Shown here one piece after another: positions 39,349-47,622 of a stretch of DNA of 64,000 nt (position 1 is its first letter; each line of letters opens with the position of its first letter). Under the pieces are notes generated by a model, which was not told the origin of the DNA, did no database searches, and was given only the letters and a program-made list of their open reading frames with translations. Made by a program: the position numbers and the translations under genes. Source of the stretch: an uncultured Pseudomonadota bacterium (GTDB lineage: Bacteria; Pseudomonadota; Alphaproteobacteria; Rs-D84); NCBI GenBank assembly GCA_902790415.1, contig CADARU010000004.1, forward strand, positions 397 through 64,396. The letters run 5' to 3'.

Positions 39349-40338
39349 TTAATCGTTATCATCAAAAATTTTTGCATCACCGATACCGTTGTTATCTTGT
39401 TCGGCACGTTTTGCATCACGAAGTTTTTTACCCAATGTCAGGTTTGTTGTAACGGCGGTAACCAATCCGGCGGCGGCAACAGATGCACCAACGATTAAAC
39501 GTTTTTGAGTTTTATCTTTTTGTTCTGCCCATTTTTGTGCATCTTCACTGTTTTCATCGCGCAACGCGTTCGCCAATGAACCAAATGTACTTTGTACCTT
39601 TTGCGGTGGTGCGTATGTGTACAGATTGCTTTCCGATTTGTCTAAGATTTTTTCGGATTCAATACCCGGGGTCATTTTTAATGCGGTCTTGGTCTTTTGC
39701 AGGCGCGATGCCAGTGTTTTGTATTCGGTTACGTAATTTATCAATTCGTTTCCGCCACCAACATCTATTTCTTCTTCGCCCAGTTTATATGTGTTTCCAC
39801 GACCGTAATCACAACGCATTGTTGCCAAATATGCCGTCATATCGCGTTCCGCGGCGGCATCAGATTTCTTCTCGCTAAGTGCCTGGGCAGCCTGCATTGC
39901 ACCCAATCCCATGGATGCCATCGATGCGGCCTCTAGGGTTGCATTGGCCTTGTCTTTCTTTGTGTCTGTATCTTTGTCTTCTTTCTTTGTTTCTTCTTTG
40001 GTCTTTTCTTCTTTACCTGTTGGTGCTTGATTAACATCCTCGTTTTTTTTGTTTTCCTCGATATTTTTCTTTTTTGTTTTGTTTCGTTCATTGACCGCTT
40101 TGTTATAAGCATCTTTTGTATTTGTTTTTGTCTTTGAATTTGATGTGTTCGCGGTGTTTTGTTGTGTGTCTTTTTTTTCTTTATTTATTGCGGCTTCCTC
40201 TTTTGCCTGATTTTCTGTAGCTTTTGTGGCAGAGTTTGTCCCTTTGTTTGTCACTGTTGCGGCACCAGCATACACGACATCAACATGTGTTGATATCGAA
40301 ATTAATACGGTGAAAACACAAACTATAATTTTTTTCAT
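39349..40338 (-). CDS. Secreted/anchored Lys-Glu-Thr-rich protein with Gly-zipper-like C-terminal TM segment
   Basis: Signal peptide MKKIIVCVFTVLISISTHVDVVYA, a K/E/T/N low-complexity region, MASMGLGAMQAAQAL, and a C-terminal IVGASVAAAGLVTAVTTNLTL followed by a basic/acidic tail. Confidence 0.6.
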   Translation of the reverse strand: MKKIIVCVFTVLISISTHVDVVYAGAATVTNKGTNSATKATENQAKEEAAINKEKKDTQQNTANTSNSKTKTNTKDAYNKAVNERNKTKKKNIEENKKNEDVNQAPTGKEEKTKEETKKEDKDTDTKKDKANATLEAASMASMGLGAMQAAQALSEKKSDAAAERDMTAYLATMRCDYGRGNTYKLGEEEIDVGGGNELINYVTEYKTLASRLQKTKTALKMTPGIESEKILDKSESNLYTYAPPQKVQSTFGSLANALRDENSEDAQKWAEQKDKTQKRLIVGASVAAAGLVTAVTTNLTLGKKLRDAKRAEQDNNGIGDAKIFDDND

Positions 40339-40384
40339 TTTTATCCTGTTAATTCATCCTATTTATTCACTTTGTACCTGTTTT

Positions 40385-42289
40385 TTAATTGGCTTTGGTA
40401 GCATTATTATACATCGCTTTTCGAACGAGTTTATTGGTTCCTGCTTGCTCACAGTTCAGTGCGCAATCTTTTGAACATAATGCGTTGTTTTCGTCGCTAT
40501 ATAAATAGATCCATGGTGATTTTATCGTTGTATCTTGGTCATCGACAGAATATGTCGTCATTTTACAAACACAGTGTTGACCGGTTGTTGCTGCTGCCTC
40601 AATATTTTCATTTTTAACGGGTTTTCTGGAGGAAGGGGAAGCTCCGAGGTTGTCAACGCATGCAGAAACACCTTTGATGATGTAGCCATCAAATTGTACC
40701 AACCAATCTCCCTTGTTTGATGGGGTTCCCCAGTCTCTCATCCTAGTGGTCTTACCGTTAAGGCTTTGGCTAGTAGAATCAGTTTTGGATTTTTCTACGT
40801 CAAGCACACCAAATATTAAATTCGATGTTGCATCAGCGGTAGTGTTGGTGCTTTCATTATTGTTATCACTGGTGTTACTGTTGCTATCACCGTTGTTATC
40901 AGTTGGTGGTGTTGTGGCACCATTTGTAGTTGGCGTTGCAGTATTATTGTCTGATTCACTAGTTCCATTGTCACTCGGTTGATCGTCTATTTTGATGCAT
41001 GTTTTGTAATCCCCGCTAATATTGTGGGTTTCTCGGGGACATTTACAAATTTCATTGCCAGTGACTGGATTAATATGGGGAGTACCAGCGCTTCCTTCGC
41101 ATGCTGCTTTTTCCGCCTCGGTCATTTTTGTGCCGGCTTTTTGTTCATTATTGCTTGCATTTACACATGCTTTTGTTGTTTCGTCCCATGTTTGATTTTT
41201 TTCACATGCTTCACTGTTGTTTGCGTCATCATTATTTTCGCCACCAAGTTTACCGAAATTCCAATTTTCTTTATCAAATGCGCCTGCGCGTTCCAACGCG
41301 CCCGATGTTAATGTTGAAACACCTGTGCCAACACCCGCGCCCAATGCGGCAGATGATGCGGCCTTTTCACTGCGTGTTAAACGATATGCGTTTTCTTTAA
41401 ACGTTGTAACGTCAATGCCAAACCATTCGGGGGTACATTGAAAAACACTGCCCGAATATAACTTTTTTGATGCGTATGGTTTATCGGCATTGTCCGCATA
41501 GAAATTGACGGTAAAGACACAATCCAGTGTACGGTTGTCAAATATCGCACCTTGGGCCTTGCATACAGATTCCATTTTGTCGCGCAATTCATACAGGCGT
41601 TTTTCATCCGCGCGTGCTTGTTCTTGGGCATGTTTGCGCAGGGTGGCAAAAACCTCGGTTGCGCGGGACGGCAGGCCGCTGTCCTGAGATTTACATTTGT
41701 CGGCAATCGATTTACATTTTGATATTGCGGCATCGCCATCGGTTTTTGCGATACAATTATCCATCGTTGTGCCACAATTTTTAAATATGCACTCGTTATA
41801 TTCTTGACCACATTTAACAATTTTTTGGTATTCACCCATTTGAACATTCAAATCGCGGTCGGCCTTGATTTCCGGGACCAACAATGCGTATTCGTGTGAT
41901 GTACATTTGGTGTTGCGGCGACATGCATCCATTTTGCCGCCCCATATAGATTCACTGTCGGTAAAACACTTTGAAAAATCATTGCCACATTTTTCTTGCA
42001 TACATTTACGTAAATCGGTATCACAGGCATTGACGTTTTGAATCCCCGATGCGGTTGCGATTGCGGCGGTTTCTTGGTTGTCCAATTTCGCGCGTTGTTC
42101 GCGTATCATTTCCGCCAAAGTAGAATTTGATTTGTTTGTGCTTTGTGCACCGGTTTCAGACAATGTCTCGCTGAAACGTGCGGATTTGTTTTCGCGAACC
42201 TCTTGTGCGGCAAAACTTACCACCGGCAGGGCGATTAAAATCGCGCCGAAATAAATTTTAGTTAAAAGATTTTCTAATCTTAGTTTCAT
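40385..42289 (-). CDS. Large secreted cysteine-rich protein (634 aa; Cys-motif family)
   Basis: Start trimmed to MKLRLENLLTKIYFGAILIALPVVSFA. Its ATG overlaps the TAA of the upstream gene (TAATG). Motifs include ACDTDLRKCMQEKCGNDFSKC and KCGQEYNECIFKNCGTTMDNC, plus the G-rich segment AALGAGVGTGVSTLTSGAL. Confidence 0.7.
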   Translation of the reverse strand: MKLRLENLLTKIYFGAILIALPVVSFAAQEVRENKSARFSETLSETGAQSTNKSNSTLAEMIREQRAKLDNQETAAIATASGIQNVNACDTDLRKCMQEKCGNDFSKCFTDSESIWGGKMDACRRNTKCTSHEYALLVPEIKADRDLNVQMGEYQKIVKCGQEYNECIFKNCGTTMDNCIAKTDGDAAISKCKSIADKCKSQDSGLPSRATEVFATLRKHAQEQARADEKRLYELRDKMESVCKAQGAIFDNRTLDCVFTVNFYADNADKPYASKKLYSGSVFQCTPEWFGIDVTTFKENAYRLTRSEKAASSAALGAGVGTGVSTLTSGALERAGAFDKENWNFGKLGGENNDDANNSEACEKNQTWDETTKACVNASNNEQKAGTKMTEAEKAACEGSAGTPHINPVTGNEICKCPRETHNISGDYKTCIKIDDQPSDNGTSESDNNTATPTTNGATTPPTDNNGDSNSNTSDNNNESTNTTADATSNLIFGVLDVEKSKTDSTSQSLNGKTTRMRDWGTPSNKGDWLVQFDGYIIKGVSACVDNLGASPSSRKPVKNENIEAAATTGQHCVCKMTTYSVDDQDTTIKSPWIYLYSDENNALCSKDCALNCEQAGTNKLVRKAMYNNATKAN

Positions 42290-43170
42290 TATTTTTGTTT
42301 CACCCGATTTAATGTTGCGCATGCGGTGTCCCAATATTTGCACAAATTGCTGGCCATGATTTTTTCATCCGCACCCTCGCATTTGCCGACCATATTTGTC
42401 GCGCAAATATTTTCAACACATTTGTTTAATGCGTTTTTGTTTTTACAAGAATTTTGCGCAGAATTTACGCGTGTTTTGCGGTTATCTTGATAGGCTTTTG
42501 TCAATCCCTCAATGGCATTATTGTTGTCTGCCAGTTGTTGCGTACGGGTGGCATTTATTTCGCCGCGCAAATCGGCCAAGTATTCATCACAACCAACAGA
42601 TTCAGTGGCGCATTGGGATATTGCGCGGTCAAAATCCGAATCGGCGGCGCATTTATCAAAACCAATTCCACAATTTGTATTCATACATTTTGTAATAGAT
42701 GCCTGACATTTAGATTTTGTTGGTTTTGTATTAATTGCACTGGTTGCGGCAGATATTTTCATCGCGACACCGGCGGCGGTACAAGATTGTTCTATCAATT
42801 TATCGTATACATCAGAAATATCTTCGGTTGTACAATCAGGTAATTTTTTCAAACATTCGCCAGATGCCCACATGTACCGTTTGCCGGCATCACTGGGGGC
42901 GTTTTTTAATTCTTTATCACTTAATGTGTTTTTGCTGGATTTTCCGGCACTGACCGATTTCATGGCTTTTTTCCCAGTTTGTGGGGTGCCGGCATCACTG
43001 GTTCCACAGTATTGGCAACGTGCCGCGGGGTTGGAACCGATGTTTATTGCACACGCCGAATCCAAGCAACGTGTTAGATTTTGTTTGGAACAACGTGCCG
43101 GGGCGGCCACAGTCGCCGCGATATGCGCGCATGTAAACAGTGCCACGAAAAATATTTTGTGATATTTCAT
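42289..43170 (-). CDS. Secreted cysteine-rich protein (293 aa; Cys-motif family; first gene of the operon)
   Basis: Signal peptide MKYHKIFFVALFTCAHIAATVAA. Motifs include RCSKQNLTRCLDSAC and KCQASITKCMNTNCGIGFDKC. Confidence 0.7.
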   Translation of the reverse strand: MKYHKIFFVALFTCAHIAATVAAPARCSKQNLTRCLDSACAINIGSNPAARCQYCGTSDAGTPQTGKKAMKSVSAGKSSKNTLSDKELKNAPSDAGKRYMWASGECLKKLPDCTTEDISDVYDKLIEQSCTAAGVAMKISAATSAINTKPTKSKCQASITKCMNTNCGIGFDKCAADSDFDRAISQCATESVGCDEYLADLRGEINATRTQQLADNNNAIEGLTKAYQDNRKTRVNSAQNSCKNKNALNKCVENICATNMVGKCEGADEKIMASNLCKYWDTACATLNRVKQK

Positions 43171-43187
43171 CTCTCGTCCTGATGGGT

Positions 43188-43216
43188 AGTATATCAGAAA
43201 ACAAAAAATGTTGCAA
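43188..43216 (-). promoter_or_regulatory. Sigma70-like promoter of the 4-gene minus-strand operon
   Basis: The reverse strand has TTGCAA (43216..43211), a 17-nt spacer, then TATACT (43193..43188). Confidence 0.5.
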
Positions 43217-43236
43217 AATATTTTTTATAAAACTAC

Positions 43237-43264
43237 TTGACATTAAAAAATATTTGTCTATAAT
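43237..43264 (+). promoter_or_regulatory. Consensus sigma70 promoter for the lipoprotein gene
   Basis: TTGACA (43237..43242), a 16-nt spacer, then TATAAT (43259..43264). Confidence 0.6.
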
Positions 43265-43329
43265 ATTTAGTGTAAAAGAAAACAAGGGGCCTTAACAGGC
43301 CGGAACAACAAACAAAAGGGAAAAGAAAA

Positions 43330-43749
43330 ATGAAAAAGAATAAAAACTTAGTTAATTCGAAAAATGTTGCTTTGTTGGCATCATTGTTCGGCTTGTCCAC
43401 TTTGTTGACAGGTTGCTATAATAACTGTTGCAATGATTGTAACAAGGAATACGTTCCTGTTAAAACAACAACAAATACAGTAAACATAACAATCAATGGG
43501 GATAATAATATCGTTGGTGATGATAACGATGGCAATTATGTTTACGGTGGTGAAGTTGTAACCCCACAACCAAAACCGAAACCAAAAAAGCCAAAACCGG
43601 AAGATAAACCGGTTGTAAATCCGGAAAACGATTGCGATTGTGAAGAGATTGTTACAAAGATTACATACGAACATATTATCAACGAATATGGCGAACGTCC
43701 AACCACAAACACCACATATACAAGAGCTTTTGGTGAACGTGGTATGTAA
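43330..43749 (+). CDS. Small Cys-rich lipoprotein with Pro/Lys-rich linker
   Basis: Lipobox LLTG-C, mature N-terminus CYNNCCNDC, and linker PQPKPKPKKPKPEDKP. The terminator aaagggcgc-agaaat-gcgcccttt plus T-tract follows at 43772..43805. Confidence 0.65.
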   Translation: MKKNKNLVNSKNVALLASLFGLSTLLTGCYNNCCNDCNKEYVPVKTTTNTVNITINGDNNIVGDDNDGNYVYGGEVVTPQPKPKPKKPKPEDKPVVNPENDCDCEEIVTKITYEHIINEYGERPTTNTTYTRAFGERGM

Positions 43750-43864
43750 AAACATCATCGTTAAAATTATCAAAGGGCGCAGAAATGCGCCCTTTGTTTT
43801 TTTCTTTTTCACTGGACAGAGATTTAAAAACTGTGATATTATGTTTTCTATAGAGAGAGTTTGT

Positions 43865-46800
43865 ATGAAATTTTTCAAACTGGTTATTATTTCTGCATTG
43901 TGTTTGCCGGCGGTATCGTATGCCGCAACTAATGATTTTGCTGTCGCGGCCAGTTTGTTAAACGCCGCCAAGGCCGGTAATATTCAACAGGTTCAAATGC
44001 TGATTAGTACCGGGGCAGATGTCAATTACAAGGATTCTACGGGTTTGTCGTTGGTCTGTACGGCAATAATGAATAACGATACGCGTGCATCACAGATATT
44101 ACAGATGTATGGTGCCGATGCATCAAATTGCGACCGTCAAATCAAAGATTATAAATTTAGAAATGTTCCCGAAACATCGTCTGGATTTTTTGGTGGGCTG
44201 TCTAAACCCCAGGGGTTGACCTTGATTGGTGCCGGGGTTGCGGCGGCGGTTGGTGGGTTGTTCTTGTTGACCGATGTGTTTGATGCGGATAATGGTAATT
44301 CTGGTGGTGGCGGTGGTAATAATAACAACAATAATAATGATAATAATGGCGGTTCAACAACGAATAATGGTACACCGTTGTTTGCAAATGGTTTACCGTA
44401 TGGCCCGGCAACGGTTAACGCCGCAGGCGAGGCCGCAAATTATGCCGATAATTTAGTAAATTGGTATGCGCAAACAATTACCGGGGGAACAGGAACGGTT
44501 GATAATCTTCCTTACTATGGGAATTTCTTGTTGATGAATGAGAAAGTGAATTATTTGTTGTTAATGCGTGGATATTCGCCATTTGCACGTGGGTATTTTG
44601 GGATGCGTACATTGCGTAATTTGGAAACGCGTGTGCCTTTTTCATCGGAAGTATTAAAAGAATTCAAATTGGGGGTTGATCCGGTTATGGGTGGACGACC
44701 GGTTAATGTCGCGCTGGTTACGGCAAATGGTATAAATGCGGCCGATGGTACATCATTACAAAACAGATTTTTGATATGGACGGATACATCAGGAACATCT
44801 TCTTTGAACGGGACCAGTAATTCAATGATTTCCAGTAAATACTATAACAATGCAATTTCTTTGGGTGGAAATGACAGTTCTGTTGAAGAAGACACAGTTG
44901 CCGAAGATTCAAATCTTTTGGCGAATTTTGATTGGTCTAATTCTGGGACGGTAATAAATAATGTGTTGGCATCCGACTTAGATAATTTGTTGGTCAAGGT
45001 TGTTGGTGGTTTGGACAGTGGCTATGCCGGCCCGGATTTCGTTGGTTTTATGCCAAACGGTCAAATGACGATATATCGTACCGGTGGCGGACATGTGTTG
45101 ACCGATATTACACCGGTTGATGTTGGGGATTATTCTTTTGCCGGTTTGACGTTGGCAACCGATGATACTTTTTCGAATTTCTTGAACGATGATTGGACGG
45201 TTACATTGGATGGAACGGCGGTTACATTAACATCATCAACTGATGATACCAAAACTATCAAAGGATATTTGATAAGCAATGTTTTGTATCTAGATACCGA
45301 AAATAATGACGGAAATCCGGATTCTGCGTATGTCTTTTCTGGGGGGGATATTAAACAAACAATGGGGCTGGGGGATGCCCAAACGGATTATTATAATTAT
45401 CGTGCAATGTTCAATGCGGCAAGTTTAAATGCGGATTTAAACGGAAACGCAACAAACCAATCTTATATAGGGCGTTCCAAGGTCGATATTATCGCAAATT
45501 TGGATGTGATTGAACCATTACATTTACGTGAAACGGCAACAATATCTGATATTTTGTCGGCGGGCACAGAAAATTATTGGACACGTTTTAAAACATTGGT
45601 CACAGATAACTATGGTGCCAATAGTATTGAAAATGATTCTAATCTGTCGAATTTTTTCACAAATATAAATCAAACCAATCCGCGTTTGCTGGTATTTTCA
45701 ACCGGTGCATCGGTCCAAGAATCTGGGGCGAATTATCAAGATGCCCTGCAAGAGGCGGCGTTTGAAAATGCGGCACCGTTGGTATTCAATAATCTGGAAC
45801 ATTTGTTTATGTCTGTTGTTGCGGTTGGGGCCCCCACAACGGACGTAACATCAATTTCACCCAACAGTGGTTCTATGCCGGTTAGTGGAACAAAATATCA
45901 ACTGGCGACATGGCATACCGGCACTGGTGATAATACGACATATTATCGTGCGCGCACCTGTGGTGTTGCGGGGCGCGGAAACAGTGATTTGGACCCTTGG
46001 TGTTTTGCGGCGGTTGGTTTAACGGATGAATTGGCAACAGCGGCGGCCACTGGTGCGGCGGGGGTATTAAAATCTGCGTTTTATTACATGACACCACAAC
46101 AGATTTTCACCCTGTTGGCATTAACGGCGGATGGTCCATTTTTAAAGACGTTGGCGGATGGAACTAATTTGACCGAAGAAGATTTAATTGCGCGGTTAAG
46201 TTCTATGTATGATATGCCGCCTCAGTATCAATACGAGATAAATTATAATGGTAAAAGTTATCTGGATGCCTTTAAAGAAGTTTATGGTTATGGTGTAATT
46301 AACTTGGAACGCGCAACAAAACCGGGAACAAATTTGTATTATTATACTGGTGGTAAAATTGTATCAACACCAAATAATTCTTATTGGCGTGCGGCGACAA
46401 ATACAATGTTACGCGGTTCGTCTGCATTGAATATAGGGCGCAATGCAATAAATATCGCGGCATACGATGTGTTAGAAAGTATGGACGGTTCGATGTCTTT
46501 GCCGCGTATTTGGGAAAACACTTTGGAATTTGGCAATTCAAATCGTCATGAGTTGTATATGGGGGATGTGTTGTCTGATTTAAACACACGTAATGTTGCA
46601 CCAACATCTGAAACAATAGGGGACTTTACATTTAGTTTGGCGCGCTCTGACAGGGCGTATACAGATAATATGAACGGACTGGATATTATGCGTGCACAAT
46701 ATAATGTTGGAAATTGGACGTTGGGGGCAGATTGGCAACATTACTTGACCGATGGTAAAACGCGTTTCTTTGATTCTGGTAATCCGATATTGGGATTGAT

Positions 46801-47557
46801 GTCAAATGCCGCGACCGGTGATGTTACATATAATTATGGAAATTGGGCATTTGGTGCACGCACATATTCGGGTGCAATTACCGATGAAGGTTTATTGGAA
46901 AATGACCCGGTTGTTTCGTCAAATTATGAACCGCTACGTTTGGGAACAATGTTTGGGGCACAGTCAGTCCTGGGGTGGCATGGTAAAAAATTTGGGTTTA
47001 ACACTTCATTTGGTATGGCACGTGAATCAAATACTGTTTTGGGGGCATATGGTGATGGTATGATTGCGATGGGTGCCGCGGATACAAGTTATGTTGATTC
47101 TGATGTGTATTGGATGCCTACCGATGATTTGTATTTTGATATGCGTGCAACGTTTGCGCACACGATGCCAACGGCCGGTGCGGATACAATTATGCGCTTG
47201 ACCGATTTAGATTCTAATTCGTTCGCCTTGGATGCGCGTATTGGACGTTTGGGGTTCGGTGTTTCTTTGCCGTTGGCGGTAACGCATGGCGCATTGGAAT
47301 ATGATTATGCCGATTATGAAATTGTTGATGAATCAAATGGTAAATACGGTTTGGCGATATCTGACAGTGGTGTAAAGGCCATAGATGTCGCGCCATCGCA
47401 TCGTGAAGTTCGTTTGAACGCGACATACAAACATAAGTTTGGTGAATTTACCGATGGTGCATTGGGATTGATATATCGTATAAATCCAAACAATACTGAT
47501 GAGTTTGGAAATGAAAGTATTTTCATGATGAAAATGTCTCACCGTTTGGGAATATAA
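43865..47557 (+). CDS. Giant surface protein: signal peptide, ankyrin repeats, Gly-zipper-like TM, G/N linker, large passenger region, C-terminal beta-barrel-like domain
   Basis: ORF 43640..47557, trimmed to MKFFKLVIISALCLPAVSYA because the upstream part overlaps the previous gene and its terminator. ANK-like GNIQQVQMLISTGADVNYKDSTGLSLVCTAI; GLTLIGAGVAAAVGGLFLL; GGGGGNNNNNNNDNNGG. The last ~280 aa show an alternating beta-strand pattern. Confidence 0.65.
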   Translation: MKFFKLVIISALCLPAVSYAATNDFAVAASLLNAAKAGNIQQVQMLISTGADVNYKDSTGLSLVCTAIMNNDTRASQILQMYGADASNCDRQIKDYKFRNVPETSSGFFGGLSKPQGLTLIGAGVAAAVGGLFLLTDVFDADNGNSGGGGGNNNNNNNDNNGGSTTNNGTPLFANGLPYGPATVNAAGEAANYADNLVNWYAQTITGGTGTVDNLPYYGNFLLMNEKVNYLLLMRGYSPFARGYFGMRTLRNLETRVPFSSEVLKEFKLGVDPVMGGRPVNVALVTANGINAADGTSLQNRFLIWTDTSGTSSLNGTSNSMISSKYYNNAISLGGNDSSVEEDTVAEDSNLLANFDWSNSGTVINNVLASDLDNLLVKVVGGLDSGYAGPDFVGFMPNGQMTIYRTGGGHVLTDITPVDVGDYSFAGLTLATDDTFSNFLNDDWTVTLDGTAVTLTSSTDDTKTIKGYLISNVLYLDTENNDGNPDSAYVFSGGDIKQTMGLGDAQTDYYNYRAMFNAASLNADLNGNATNQSYIGRSKVDIIANLDVIEPLHLRETATISDILSAGTENYWTRFKTLVTDNYGANSIENDSNLSNFFTNINQTNPRLLVFSTGASVQESGANYQDALQEAAFENAAPLVFNNLEHLFMSVVAVGAPTTDVTSISPNSGSMPVSGTKYQLATWHTGTGDNTTYYRARTCGVAGRGNSDLDPWCFAAVGLTDELATAAATGAAGVLKSAFYYMTPQQIFTLLALTADGPFLKTLADGTNLTEEDLIARLSSMYDMPPQYQYEINYNGKSYLDAFKEVYGYGVINLERATKPGTNLYYYTGGKIVSTPNNSYWRAATNTMLRGSSALNIGRNAINIAAYDVLESMDGSMSLPRIWENTLEFGNSNRHELYMGDVLSDLNTRNVAPTSETIGDFTFSLARSDRAYTDNMNGLDIMRAQYNVGNWTLGADWQHYLTDGKTRFFDSGNPILGLMSNAATGDVTYNYGNWAFGARTYSGAITDEGLLENDPVVSSNYEPLRLGTMFGAQSVLGWHGKKFGFNTSFGMARESNTVLGAYGDGMIAMGAADTSYVDSDVYWMPTDDLYFDMRATFAHTMPTAGADTIMRLTDLDSNSFALDARIGRLGFGVSLPLAVTHGALEYDYADYEIVDESNGKYGLAISDSGVKAIDVAPSHREVRLNATYKHKFGEFTDGALGLIYRINPNNTDEFGNESIFMMKMSHRLGI

Positions 47558-47588
47558 GGTATTTTCGTTTTTAAATAAGCAAATCTTG

Positions 47589-47597
47589 TGATATAAT
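47589..47597 (+). promoter_or_regulatory. Extended -10 element (TGATATAAT) upstream of the 675-aa gene
   Basis: cttgTGaTATAATatcc lies 25 nt upstream of SD gaggag and the ATG at 47623. Confidence 0.45.
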
Positions 47598-47622
47598 ATC
47601 CCCGATAAGAGGAGAGATTTTT

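Noticed and set aside
43640-43864. N-terminal 75-codon extension of the 1305-aa ORF
   Set aside because: It overlaps the 3' end of the lipoprotein gene in another frame and runs through its terminator (43772..43805). The ATG at 43865 is followed directly by a typical signal peptide.
43381-43971. 196-aa minus-strand ORF
   Set aside because: It is antisense to the lipoprotein gene and to the start of the 1230-aa gene, crosses a terminator, and has no start context.
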